From IMG/VR virus record IMGVR_UViG_3300045885_000299, positions 4,798 through 68,797 of that record: DNA of 64,000 nt; one strand, 5' to 3'. This DNA comes from a virus. Every line of letters begins with the position of its first letter. Position 1 is the stretch's first letter. Below are positions 39,094-47,919 of this stretch, piece after piece. The notes under the pieces are model-generated. The model saw nothing but the letters and a program-made list of their open reading frames with translations. It searched no databases and was not told where the DNA came from. The position numbers and the translations under genes were made by a program.

Positions 39094-39840
39094 TTAGGCC
39101 TGGGCGACGATGATGACGCTCACGTCAGTCTCGACGGCGTTCGACAGCAGCTTCCAGTACGGCCAGCCAACGACACTGGAGGGCAGCTGGCACGCCCAGT
39201 TCTTGTTCGCCGGGATGGTGACCAGGGCCGTGCCGGCGTACAGCGGACGGTACTGGCCGTTGAGCGTGCTGCTGACCAGGAAGCTGAGCGAGGTGCCCTG
39301 GAAGTTGGCCGGCAGGATGATGCCGCACGTCCCGAAACCGCGGCTGTCGAACGGTTCGCTGGTCGTCACCCCGCCTGGCGGAGCCACGGCCGGCGTGAGC
39401 GTGACCTGGATCGAGGCACCGCTGTTGGGCAGCGTGCCGCCGCTGCTGCTCAGCGTGACGGGGTAGCTGAACACGCCGCCGCTGCTCGAGGGCGCACCCG
39501 ATACCGTGTACACGGCGAAGCGCGAGTAGTCGGTCGCCTGCTCCAGGCGGATCGAGTCGCCGGCCTTGATGGTCGCCTGCGAGGTCGTGGTGTCGGTGCC
39601 GTCGCCGGTCAGCGAGTGAATCTGCAGCTGCGTCGCGGTCGCCCAATCGCGCGAGTTGGTCCGGACCTGACCGCTGGCCGGTGGCGGGGCCTGCGTATTC
39701 CAGTTCCAGAACGCGCTGGTGGCGTATTGGGCCGCTTCCATCACCATTGCCTTGTTCTGATCCAGGAACAGCTTGGTGGACTGCGTATAGGCGCGGGTCA
39801 GTTCCATCGACATGGCAGTGGCCACACGTTCGAGCGCCAA
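39094..39840 (-). CDS. Hypothetical virion-associated protein
   Basis: 248 aa, beta-rich, Ser/Thr-rich. Confidence 0.65.
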   Translation of the reverse strand: MALERVATAMSMELTRAYTQSTKLFLDQNKAMVMEAAQYATSAFWNWNTQAPPPASGQVRTNSRDWATATQLQIHSLTGDGTDTTTSQATIKAGDSIRLEQATDYSRFAVYTVSGAPSSSGGVFSYPVTLSSSGGTLPNSGASIQVTLTPAVAPPGGVTTSEPFDSRGFGTCGIILPANFQGTSLSFLVSSTLNGQYRPLYAGTALVTIPANKNWACQLPSSVVGWPYWKLLSNAVETDVSVIIVAQA

Positions 39841-39869
39841 GCGCCAGCGGCCAACGCCGCTGCCCCGCC

Positions 39870-40082
39870 TTACTCAGTAAAGATCCTTCCCAGCAGTTGG
39901 AACACCTGCAGGATGACCAGCACCAGCACGACCGCCGAGACCACTGCTATGGCCAGCGTAGTCAGTCTGGCTTCCCAATGGTCCTGGTAGACGGCGCGCT
40001 TACGTGCGATCTGGATCGAGACGCTGAACTCGAGCCCGACCGATGAACGCCGTTCGTCGGGGTCTTGTGGCTTGTCCTGCAC
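39870..40082 (-). CDS. Small single-TM membrane protein (holin-like candidate)
   Basis: LTTLAIAVVSAVVLVLVILQVFQLL; adjacent to the peptidase. Confidence 0.5.
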   Translation of the reverse strand: MQDKPQDPDERRSSVGLEFSVSIQIARKRAVYQDHWEARLTTLAIAVVSAVVLVLVILQVFQLLGRIFTE

Positions 40083-40113
40083 TCACAGCTTCCCGACAAT
40101 GACCATCCCGTGT

Positions 40114-40674
40114 CTAGAGCCTGCCCACTACCGCGAGCCCATTCCAGGTGCCCCACTCCGCGGCCTCGTCGGCGCTCAGCACCTGGCCGACACCTTTCCA
40201 GGACGGGGCGGGGTTGGCCAGGGCGATCACGCCGGGGCCCAGCGTGCGCGCGCCGGTGTGGTGATACCAGCGTGCGCCGTTCATCTGGAGCGGGTAGGCG
40301 CCGGCCCACGCCAGAATGTCCTGGCGGGTGAGGTACTGGCGGCGCACGGCGATGTAGCCCAGGCTGGCGAACATCGTCTCGAGGTCGAACATGTCCGCCC
40401 TGGCCAGCCCATAGTCGGGCGAGATGGCGCCGTAGTACGTCGCCGCGCGCAGCGCATCGACCACGTCCCATTCGGTCCACGGCCGCCCCAGCCGATCGTC
40501 GCCCAACGCATTAAGCAGCCACGCACTCGAGGCCGCTGAGCAGGTCCAATCGGCCTGCTGGATAACCGCCGGCTCGGTCGGGTCGTACTCGATCGCTGGT
40601 TGCGGCGGCTCGGGATCGGGCGGAAACGGCTCGCGCGGTGTGTGCCGCCAGACTGGCGTCCACCAGGCGGGCAT
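40114..40674 (-). CDS. C39-like cysteine peptidase (endolysin candidate)
   Basis: IQQADWTCSAAS (Q..C), WYHHTGAR (H), LANPA. Confidence 0.75.
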   Translation of the reverse strand: MPAWWTPVWRHTPREPFPPDPEPPQPAIEYDPTEPAVIQQADWTCSAASSAWLLNALGDDRLGRPWTEWDVVDALRAATYYGAISPDYGLARADMFDLETMFASLGYIAVRRQYLTRQDILAWAGAYPLQMNGARWYHHTGARTLGPGVIALANPAPSWKGVGQVLSADEAAEWGTWNGLAVVGRL

Positions 40675-40910
40675 TAGAGTGGGTCGTTGGCCAGGTGCGG
40701 CCCGTTGTCCGCGGAGTATTCGATCACCGCGCCGGACGCGAACGCGCGTTGCACCACGCCGGCGGCGATCTGGATGGCGTCGCTGATCGGCGGGCCCAGG
40801 TACTGCGGCGGGTCGGCCGACTTGAGCGACCGCCAGTAGCGGTAGGTCGGGTCGTCAACGGACGTCCAGTATTGCCCCCACACGATGTGGTCCAGTTGGC
40901 TTCCGCTCAT
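40674..40910 (-). CDS. Small LGFP-like cell-wall-binding protein
   Basis: YRYWR..YLGPPISD..VQRAFASGAVIEYS. Confidence 0.55.
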   Translation of the reverse strand: MSGSQLDHIVWGQYWTSVDDPTYRYWRSLKSADPPQYLGPPISDAIQIAAGVVQRAFASGAVIEYSADNGPHLANDPL

Positions 40911-41110
40911 CGCTTGAACTCCGCTTGCCAGAACTTGCGCCCGATGCGCCGCACAAAGAGCAGATGGGTCAGAAACGCCCGGTCCTCGGTGGCCAGCTTG
41001 CACAGAGCGCAGCGCCGTCCCGTCTCGGGGTCACACGTGCAGTTGCGCGCGATCGCCCGCTCGAGATCGGCGGCTTCCTGCTCGGTCGACTCGATAATCA
41101 CCACACTCAC
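40907..41110 (-). CDS. Small Zn-binding protein
   Basis: CTC..CALC; GTGA/ATGA coupling. Confidence 0.6.
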   Translation of the reverse strand: MSVVIIESTEQEAADLERAIARNCTCDPETGRRCALCKLATEDRAFLTHLLFVRRIGRKFWQAEFKR

Positions 41111-41466
41111 TCGGTGTCGCCCCAGGTCTCGAGCGTGTCGGGCACGGGCCCACCTGGCAGCAACTCGAACGCGGCACTCATGGGAAAACCCCATGCGGAC
41201 GGAAAGACGGTGACCAGCCGTTGCTCGCGGTCCGAGCACACGCTGCAGCGGTAGGCCATGTGGCGCATGGTGTTGGCGAGCCACTGCGCATAGGTGACCA
41301 CCGGGCGGTTCTGATCCTTCGGCCACCAGCACGTGCGACAGCCGACCCACACGAAGTCGGGCTCGAGCACGGCGGCCAGGACCTGATCCACCATCTCGTC
41401 CGCCAATTCGTCGGCGTCAGGCGGGCTGGCCAGGACCTCCATCAGCGGCCGCCCCTGCTCGGTCAT
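41107..41466 (-). CDS. Hypothetical Zn-binding protein
   Basis: CRTC..CSVC; coupled on both sides. Confidence 0.6.
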   Translation of the reverse strand: MTEQGRPLMEVLASPPDADELADEMVDQVLAAVLEPDFVWVGCRTCWWPKDQNRPVVTYAQWLANTMRHMAYRCSVCSDREQRLVTVFPSAWGFPMSAAFELLPGGPVPDTLETWGDTE

Positions 41467-44400
41467 GCCGCGTAAGCCGTGCGCGCCTCAGTTGGCTGCC
41501 AGCGCCGCTGCTCCTTCTCGAGCCAGTCGCTCACCGGCATGAACAGCTCGGCCTCGTTGCTGTACTGAGCCTTGGTGGTCGGGCTGGCGACGTCGTAGCC
41601 GAGCCGCGAGACGTTGCGCGGCGCCCACCCGCTGAGCCCGGTCGGCGCCTGCTGATTGGTCTGCCGCCAGGCGCCCAGCATGGCGTCAGCCCACGGCCGC
41701 CACGGCACGCCCGCGCTCTCCATGCCGTAACGCATGGCCGACTGACCGAACGGACCCAGGTTGGTGAACTCGTCGGCGCTGGGCGGGCTCGGCCAGCCGC
41801 TCTCCATGCCCTCGTACTGCTGATCGACGTTGGCGTAGTCCGACCAGTCGCCCGCGCCCGAGCCGACCAGGTCCTCCCACCCGAGCGCCTTCTGCGAGTA
41901 CGCGCCCGACGTCGCGCCCGGCACGGCGTCCTGCCAGCTGCCGCTGGTCGGGCTCTGCGCCGGCCCGGTGATGTTCTGGAGCAGCTGCGCGGACTGCTGC
42001 GACTGTGGCGGTGGCCACCCGAACCCGCCGGAGGCCTCCGGCGAGCCCAGGTCGCCGGGCGCGGGTGAACGCCCGGTCAACCGCGAAATCCACGGACTGC
42101 CCGCGGCCGTGCGGCCCCAGGTGGCGAGCACGTTGGAGCGGCCGGTGATGCCGGCCACGTCGCGCTCGGCCTGTGCCCGCTGTTTGGCCAGCTCGGCGGC
42201 CGCGGCTTGCGCGCTCTCCTGGAGCTTGAGGTTCCAGCCGCCTTCGGTGTCGGCCTGCGCCGGGTTGTAGCGCGGCTGGTAGGAGACCAGGTTGCCGTCC
42301 GCGTCGTAGACGAACTCCCAGCCATTCTGGCTCTGCGTCGTGAACGGTCCGCGCGCGCGCTGCGCCGCGGCCGGATTGGTGGTGCCTGGTGCGGTCGAAA
42401 CGTTGCCGCCGGTGGTGCGCGCATAGGCATCCACGACCGATTCGCCACCGGGCCAGCCGGCGTTACGCAGCTCCTGCTCCATCTGCGCTTCGGTGCGCGC
42501 GCCGTTCTTGGTCTGATAGACGCGGCTCGAGCTGCTCGCATTCGCCGTGGGCGTGGCCGCGGCCGCAGTGGACGTCGCGGCGGGCGCCGTGGGCTGCGCG
42601 GCCGTGCCCTGGCCCGCCAGTCCTTCGGCGCTCTGGCTGGCGGTGCCATCCGGCGCCTGCGTCGCCATGCCGGTGTCCTCGTACACGGCTGATGACTCAT
42701 CGCCACCCCAGGTGGTCTTGCGGATCACGCGGCCGCCGTCCGCGTAGTAGACGACTTCTTCACCCTCGCCCTGGCCGGAGCCGAACGCCCACGGATCGCC
42801 GCCGCCGGCGCCGATCGGCGTGTTGGCCCAGCCAGTCATATTGGTCGGGTACTGGTCGTCCGGTGCCGACAGCGCCCACGGGTTGCTGGGCGCCCGTGGC
42901 GGGCCGTAGCCCCAGCCCTCGCCCTGGCCGGAGCCTGGATTCAACTCGTCCTGTGGCATGCCTTCCATGTCGGGCATTCCTCCCAGCACGTCGCCCACGC
43001 CCGGCAGGGCATTCGGGTCGGTGAAATCGCCGTTCTGGCCGCGCACGCGGTAGTCCAGGTGGGCGCCGGTGGATGCTCCGGTGCTGCCCACCTGGCCTAC
43101 CGGCTGGCCAGCCTGGACGGGGTCGCCAACCTGCACGTTGGCGTCCGCCAGGTGGTTCAGCTCGTGGCTCTGTCCGGCCTCATCCTGGATGACCACGGAC
43201 AGCCCGAGATCGCCGCGCTCGCCGACGTAGACCACGGTGCCGGTGACGGGCGCCTGCGCCGGCGTGCCTTCGGCCGCCTGGTAGTCGACGCCCTTGTGAT
43301 AGGGCGTCTCGTTGGACACCGGCTCACCGAACTGGTTGCCCTGGCCGACCACGGCCTCGGGCGGCACCGGGCTCATCGAGCCGCCTGGTGGCGGTACGGG
43401 CGGCTGGCCGAGCTGCGGGCCGGCACCGAGCGCCGCCAGGTCCTCCATCGGGTCACCCTGGCCCGAGCCGAAGTCCCACTCGCCCCCGCCAGCTGGACCG
43501 TGCCATGTGCCGCTGTTCGGGTCCCAATAGGTGCCGTCCGGACGGACCCAGGTGCGGCGGGTGTCGTCCCACTGCTCACCTTGCGGGTGCGCCACGCGCT
43601 CCATCACGTTGCGGCCGTCGTTGGGCACGCTGGAGCGGCCGCCAAAGAGATTGCCGGCCGCGTTACCAATGTCGTCCCACGACCACGGCATGCTCGGCCA
43701 GCCGCCGCCCTGGCTGCCGCCTGGATACATGTAGCCGCGCGGATAGGCCCCGGAAATCGAGTTGGAGCCAGTGGGTGAGGCGGTCGGCGTGGCCGCCGGT
43801 GGCGTGGGCGCGGCCGCGTTGTAGCCGACGTCGGCGCTGTACGGGTCGCTGGCCGGCTCGTAGGTCCACGAGTCGTCGCTCCATTGGGTGTCTTTCCACC
43901 ACTGGCCGTCGTCGTGCTGCTGGACGGTGCTGGTGACCGGCGTCTTGCCCGCGCCGCCGGCCGCGGCGCCGCCGGCCGTGCCGCCCTGCTGGCTCGGGTA
44001 CATGTAGCCACGCGGGAAACCGCCGCTGATCGAGCCGCTGACCAGGGGCGGCGCCGTGAACTGGCGCGAGCGATCGGTGCCGGGCGGATACATGGCGCCA
44101 TACGGGAAGCCGCCGCTGATCGAGCCGCTGACCAGGGGCGGGGCCGTGAACGTGCGCGGACCGCCCTGACCGCCGGCCGGTTGCCCGCCCGGTGAGGCCG
44201 GATTCATGGCCGCGTCGGCGGCGTAGGGGTCACTGGCCGGGGTCGGGAGGCTGCCTGGCGGGAAGTCGACGTCGAGATTGCCGACCGGCTGGGCGGGAGT
44301 GGGCAGGCTGCCTGGCGGGAAGTCGACGTCGAGATTGCCGACCGGCTGGCTGGGCGTCGGGCTGTTTGGCGCGGCCGTCACGTCGCTCGCGCCGATCGCC

Positions 44401-45821
44401 GATGCGGCCGTGAGCTGCGGTGTGGGCCGCGGCTGCCCGGTGGGTTGCTGGCCCTGGATCGTGGGCGCGGTCTGCGGCTGGAGGATCTGCGGCCACTGGT
44501 TCTGTACGCCGCCGCCGGCGTTCTTGAACGCCTCCTGGACGTTGGGCGGCTGGCCCCAGGCGCCGCTGTCCTCGTAGGCCGGGCCCCACTGGCCGCTGAA
44601 CGCGGAGCCGACCAGCGCGCTGGGCAGGACCACCGTGCCGTAGGGCGTGCCGGCGCCAAACATCATCGGCTGCGCCATCTGGCGGTCCTGGACCGCCGCA
44701 CTCTGCGCCGCGACCAGCCGCGTGTTGCGCAGCGACTCGTTCTTGTACCAGCTGTCCACCGCGGCGACGGCCATCTTGTAGGCGTTGTCGTCGCGGTCGG
44801 TCTGCCAGCGCCGCTGCGCCTCGGCCATCTGGACCTGGTAGGCCTGGTTCAGCTCCTGCTGCTTGAGCGCGATCTGCTCGGGCGAAAGCGCCGGGTTCTG
44901 CGCCTGTATCTGGCCGCCCGGCCCGACCTGCATCTGACCCTGTCCCAGCACCGTGGGGCCGGCCGGGTTGCTGGCCAGCACGCTGCCGGTGGGGCCGACC
45001 AGGGATTGATTGGCACCCAGGACGGTGTTGCCCGCCACACCGCCCGCGCCGGACGTGTTGGAGATGATGCGGCCGTCCGGCATGACGGCGATCGCGCCCT
45101 TGGCCACGGTGATCGGGCGCACGGTGGTCGCGGCCTGGCCGGTGGCGCCGATCGGCACCAGGTCGGTGCCGGCGCCGCTGGCGGACTGTCTGAGGAAGTA
45201 GCGCGCGCCGCCGCTGCCGAGATAGGTGTGGCGGGCGAGCGTGGTTGGATTCAGGTAGTAGCCCTCGGCATCGGTCGGCAGCGACTCGATCGCCGAGCCA
45301 CCAGTGCCGCCAATGTTCGGCAGCCCGAGCCCACCACCACCCTGCAGGCCTGGTAGCCCACCGACCGGACCGAGATCGTCGTCCATCATCCCTCCACCCG
45401 CGCCGGCTTGCGCGCGCGACTGTGCCACCAGGTTCCCGACCTGGTCGTCGCCAACCTCGGCTGCGGCCTGCTGCGCGGCGCCCAGGTACTGCCGATAGGC
45501 GCCGTTCAAGTACACCGACCAGTGGTTCCAGCTGCGCGGCGTGCGCGCCAGGTTCAGCGCGACCTGGGCGTTGTAGAGCGGGTCCACGAGCTGGTCGGGC
45601 GTGCCGCGTCCGCCGAGCTCGTTGTTGACGCCGCGATTGACCTGCCACAAGCCGTAGGAGTTATCCGGCGGCTGGTTGTTCCAGTTGTTGGTGATGCCGC
45701 TCGACTCGGCCAGCGCGATCGCGGTCGCGTACACGGCCTCGCCAGGGGAAAAGCCCGCCTGGCGAGCAACGGCATACACCTGCTGCGGAGTGAGTTGGGT
45801 GCCAGGGCCGTATCGAGCCAC
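41463..45821 (-). CDS. Large internal-virion protein: N-terminal lysozyme-like domain and internal M23 peptidase
   Basis: AIALAESSG..SYGLWQVN..WNHWSVY; HKGVD..HL..GSTGASTGAHLDY (HxxxD/HxH); probable GTG start at 45821. Confidence 0.88.
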   Translation of the reverse strand: MARYGPGTQLTPQQVYAVARQAGFSPGEAVYATAIALAESSGITNNWNNQPPDNSYGLWQVNRGVNNELGGRGTPDQLVDPLYNAQVALNLARTPRSWNHWSVYLNGAYRQYLGAAQQAAAEVGDDQVGNLVAQSRAQAGAGGGMMDDDLGPVGGLPGLQGGGGLGLPNIGGTGGSAIESLPTDAEGYYLNPTTLARHTYLGSGGARYFLRQSASGAGTDLVPIGATGQAATTVRPITVAKGAIAVMPDGRIISNTSGAGGVAGNTVLGANQSLVGPTGSVLASNPAGPTVLGQGQMQVGPGGQIQAQNPALSPEQIALKQQELNQAYQVQMAEAQRRWQTDRDDNAYKMAVAAVDSWYKNESLRNTRLVAAQSAAVQDRQMAQPMMFGAGTPYGTVVLPSALVGSAFSGQWGPAYEDSGAWGQPPNVQEAFKNAGGGVQNQWPQILQPQTAPTIQGQQPTGQPRPTPQLTAASAIGASDVTAAPNSPTPSQPVGNLDVDFPPGSLPTPAQPVGNLDVDFPPGSLPTPASDPYAADAAMNPASPGGQPAGGQGGPRTFTAPPLVSGSISGGFPYGAMYPPGTDRSRQFTAPPLVSGSISGGFPRGYMYPSQQGGTAGGAAAGGAGKTPVTSTVQQHDDGQWWKDTQWSDDSWTYEPASDPYSADVGYNAAAPTPPAATPTASPTGSNSISGAYPRGYMYPGGSQGGGWPSMPWSWDDIGNAAGNLFGGRSSVPNDGRNVMERVAHPQGEQWDDTRRTWVRPDGTYWDPNSGTWHGPAGGGEWDFGSGQGDPMEDLAALGAGPQLGQPPVPPPGGSMSPVPPEAVVGQGNQFGEPVSNETPYHKGVDYQAAEGTPAQAPVTGTVVYVGERGDLGLSVVIQDEAGQSHELNHLADANVQVGDPVQAGQPVGQVGSTGASTGAHLDYRVRGQNGDFTDPNALPGVGDVLGGMPDMEGMPQDELNPGSGQGEGWGYGPPRAPSNPWALSAPDDQYPTNMTGWANTPIGAGGGDPWAFGSGQGEGEEVVYYADGGRVIRKTTWGGDESSAVYEDTGMATQAPDGTASQSAEGLAGQGTAAQPTAPAATSTAAAATPTANASSSSRVYQTKNGARTEAQMEQELRNAGWPGGESVVDAYARTTGGNVSTAPGTTNPAAAQRARGPFTTQSQNGWEFVYDADGNLVSYQPRYNPAQADTEGGWNLKLQESAQAAAAELAKQRAQAERDVAGITGRSNVLATWGRTAAGSPWISRLTGRSPAPGDLGSPEASGGFGWPPPQSQQSAQLLQNITGPAQSPTSGSWQDAVPGATSGAYSQKALGWEDLVGSGAGDWSDYANVDQQYEGMESGWPSPPSADEFTNLGPFGQSAMRYGMESAGVPWRPWADAMLGAWRQTNQQAPTGLSGWAPRNVSRLGYDVASPTTKAQYSNEAELFMPVSDWLEKEQRRWQPTEARTAYAA
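44020..44349. repeat. Two in-frame direct-repeat pairs inside the large virion gene
   Basis: 32-nt repeat at 44020/44110 (period 90); 45-nt identical repeat at 44248/44305 (period 57). Confidence 0.85.
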
Positions 45822-45896
45822 GCCGAGAGCTTCCGCCCTCAAGCGCTAGACGCTAAGGCCTCTGCCTGCCCCCAAAATCGACAGAAGTGTCGATTT

Positions 45897-46070
45897 TCAG
45901 GACGGTTTCTTCATGCCCTTGCGCGCCGGCAGCTTCGACTCGTTGACGCCTCTGAGCTTGTTGCGCGCCTCGGTCGGCGAGAAGCCGGGCACCTTGCCGC
46001 CGGCCGCGGCGCCAAACAGTCGGGCTTGGCTTTTACTTACTGGTGGTTTGTAGCGTTTTCCGCCCGGCAT
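45897..46070 (-). CDS. Small basic protein (SKSQARLFGAAA motif)
   Basis: MPGGKRYKPPVSKSQARLFGAAAGG..KLPARK. Confidence 0.65.
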   Translation of the reverse strand: MPGGKRYKPPVSKSQARLFGAAAGGKVPGFSPTEARNKLRGVNESKLPARKGMKKPS

Positions 46071-46539
46071 AGAGCAAGGCCCTCCGTATCTCAGCTCGCC
46101 GCTTGGGCGAGAGCATGGCGAACAACGTGAACATGACTCCGCGCGCACGGTGCCCGTGAATCTGCCAGGTGTGCACGGGCTGTCGACTCTTGACTCCGCC
46201 ACCTGGCCATTGCTCGTGCAGTGCGATCTTTCCGCCAAATAGCGTGACTAGCCGCTCCAGCGGCTCGCGCTGGACCTGTTTGACTCCGACGACTTCCGTG
46301 CCATTGGCGCCACGACTGAACCAACCTTCACCTTCGAGGAACCCGGCTGCCCAATAGAGTTGAGCGATCGAGGGCGAGGCCACGGCTTTGACAGTCCCGG
46401 GCCGATCAACCCCCAACCCGCCTCGTCGGTGCACGGTGAGCGGATCGCCATATCGCTGCCAGCGGTGGTAGTGCATCGTGCACCACCCTCTCGACTTCGA
46501 GCGCCTCGCACACCCGTCGATTGCACAAGCACCGGCCAT
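46033..46539 (-). mobile_element. LAGLIDADG-type homing endonuclease with N-terminal Zn finger
   Basis: YWAAGFLEGEGWF; CAIDGC..CTMHY; RBS GGGAG. Confidence 0.8.
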
Positions 46540-46647
46540 TGCCCATCTCCCTGCAAGCCGAGATGTGCGTCGGTCAGGCCGCAGGCTTTTGCAGGTGCGC
46601 TTACGGGGGTAGCTAATCCCACCTGACTGACGCACCCTCATTGTCGC

Positions 46648-46893
46648 TCATAGGTCAGGCGGTGGGCCGAGCCGGCCGTCCCGCTCGCGGCGCCTGAGTC
46701 GACGCTCGAGCATGCGCTCCAGGTCGGGCTCGAGTGGCGCGCCGTCCGCGCGGCGGGTTTCGTATTCGTTCAGGCGCTTGCGCGCGTCCGCGGTGACCTG
46801 CCCCCAGCGACCGAAGTCGGCCGGTGGCGGCAGCAGCTTGTAGGCCGGCGGCACGATCGTCTCGTGCCACGGCGTGGTTGGGCGCGGCTTCAC
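46648..46893 (-). CDS. Hypothetical protein
   Basis: GTGA-coupled ORF. Confidence 0.55.
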   Translation of the reverse strand: MKPRPTTPWHETIVPPAYKLLPPPADFGRWGQVTADARKRLNEYETRRADGAPLEPDLERMLERRLRRRERDGRLGPPPDL

Positions 46894-47039
46894 GACGCTG
46901 ACCGCCGCACAACCCAGCCCAGCGGACTTTCAGCAATCCTGAAGCCCTCGATCAGCAGGATCAGGCGCTGCTCGATACACAGGTGCGGCACCAGCGCTGA
47001 TTGCGTCGGCCGCAGACGTCGCAGCCGATCCAGGATCAC
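46890..47039 (-). CDS. Small hypothetical protein (49 aa)
   Basis: GTGA overlaps at both ends; MILDRLRRLRPTQSALVPHLCIEQRL... Confidence 0.5.
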   Translation of the reverse strand: MILDRLRRLRPTQSALVPHLCIEQRLILLIEGFRIAESPLGWVVRRSAS

Positions 47040-47305
47040 GTCTCGGCCTCGATCTCGGTCTCGATCTCGCCGTTGGGCACCAGGACCAGGCCGGCCTCGG
47101 CGGCTTGCAGGTCGCGCTGCACGCGCTTCCAGACCCGCTCGGAGCCGGCGAACTGGCGCGCGACGTCGTCAAACCGCCCGGGTGGAATGGGCAGGTAGGC
47201 GTTCAGCACGAAGCCCGACGAGCACGCGCTACAGCGGTAGAGCGGGATCGGCCCGGGCATGCGCGTGAGCTGCAGGTGCGTGCACTTGTCGGCAGGAATG
47301 TCCAT
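47036..47305 (-). CDS. Hypothetical Zn-binding protein
   Basis: CTH..CSAC; RBS GGAGG. Confidence 0.6.
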   Translation of the reverse strand: MDIPADKCTHLQLTRMPGPIPLYRCSACSSGFVLNAYLPIPPGRFDDVARQFAGSERVWKRVQRDLQAAEAGLVLVPNGEIETEIEAET

Positions 47306-47310
47306 TTCGC

Positions 47311-47901
47311 TCAAGCCTCCGCTTGTGGCTCGCCGGTCAGGTCGACCACCGTCACGCCGAAGGCGTGCAGGATCTGGACGATGGTCCCGCTCGAGCCGAG
47401 CACGTCCCAGGTCCTGGTTGCCAGGTGGCCGACGAGGCGCGTCAGCCGCAGCGTGTCGTGCGGCCCCCACGTCAGCACCGCCGCGGTCGGCAGTTGCGGA
47501 GGCGCCGGCGGCGCAGGCGGAATATTTTGGGAATATTCTGCCGGCGGATTCGGCATGGGCGGCGGGACGATCTGCTCGGGGTGCAGGCCCAGCTGGCGCA
47601 GCTCTTCGGCGATCTCGGGGTCGAGCACCGCCGCGTAGTCCTCGCCATTCAGCTCCGGCGGGTCGGCCACGATCGGCGGCGCGTGGTAGGTCACGCTCGA
47701 GGCCTGGGTCTGAGGAAAAGCCGGCATCGGCCCACTGGTGATGCGCGGGGCGCGCACCGGGCCGCCCACGCCGTTGCTGACCAGCCGCGCGGCGCGCTCC
47801 ATGTTCAGCGCCGTGACCTGGTCGTTATCGAGTCCATCGCTCAGCGGTGGCTGCTGTGGCTCTTCTCGCTTGACGAACTTTCCCTTGCTATCGCGGGGCA
47901 T
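47311..47901 (-). CDS. Pro-rich hypothetical protein
   Basis: RBS AGGAGG; starts MPRDSKGKFVK. Confidence 0.7.
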   Translation of the reverse strand: MPRDSKGKFVKREEPQQPPLSDGLDNDQVTALNMERAARLVSNGVGGPVRAPRITSGPMPAFPQTQASSVTYHAPPIVADPPELNGEDYAAVLDPEIAEELRQLGLHPEQIVPPPMPNPPAEYSQNIPPAPPAPPQLPTAAVLTWGPHDTLRLTRLVGHLATRTWDVLGSSGTIVQILHAFGVTVVDLTGEPQAEA

Positions 47902-47919
47902 GTTGAGAAAACCTCCTAA

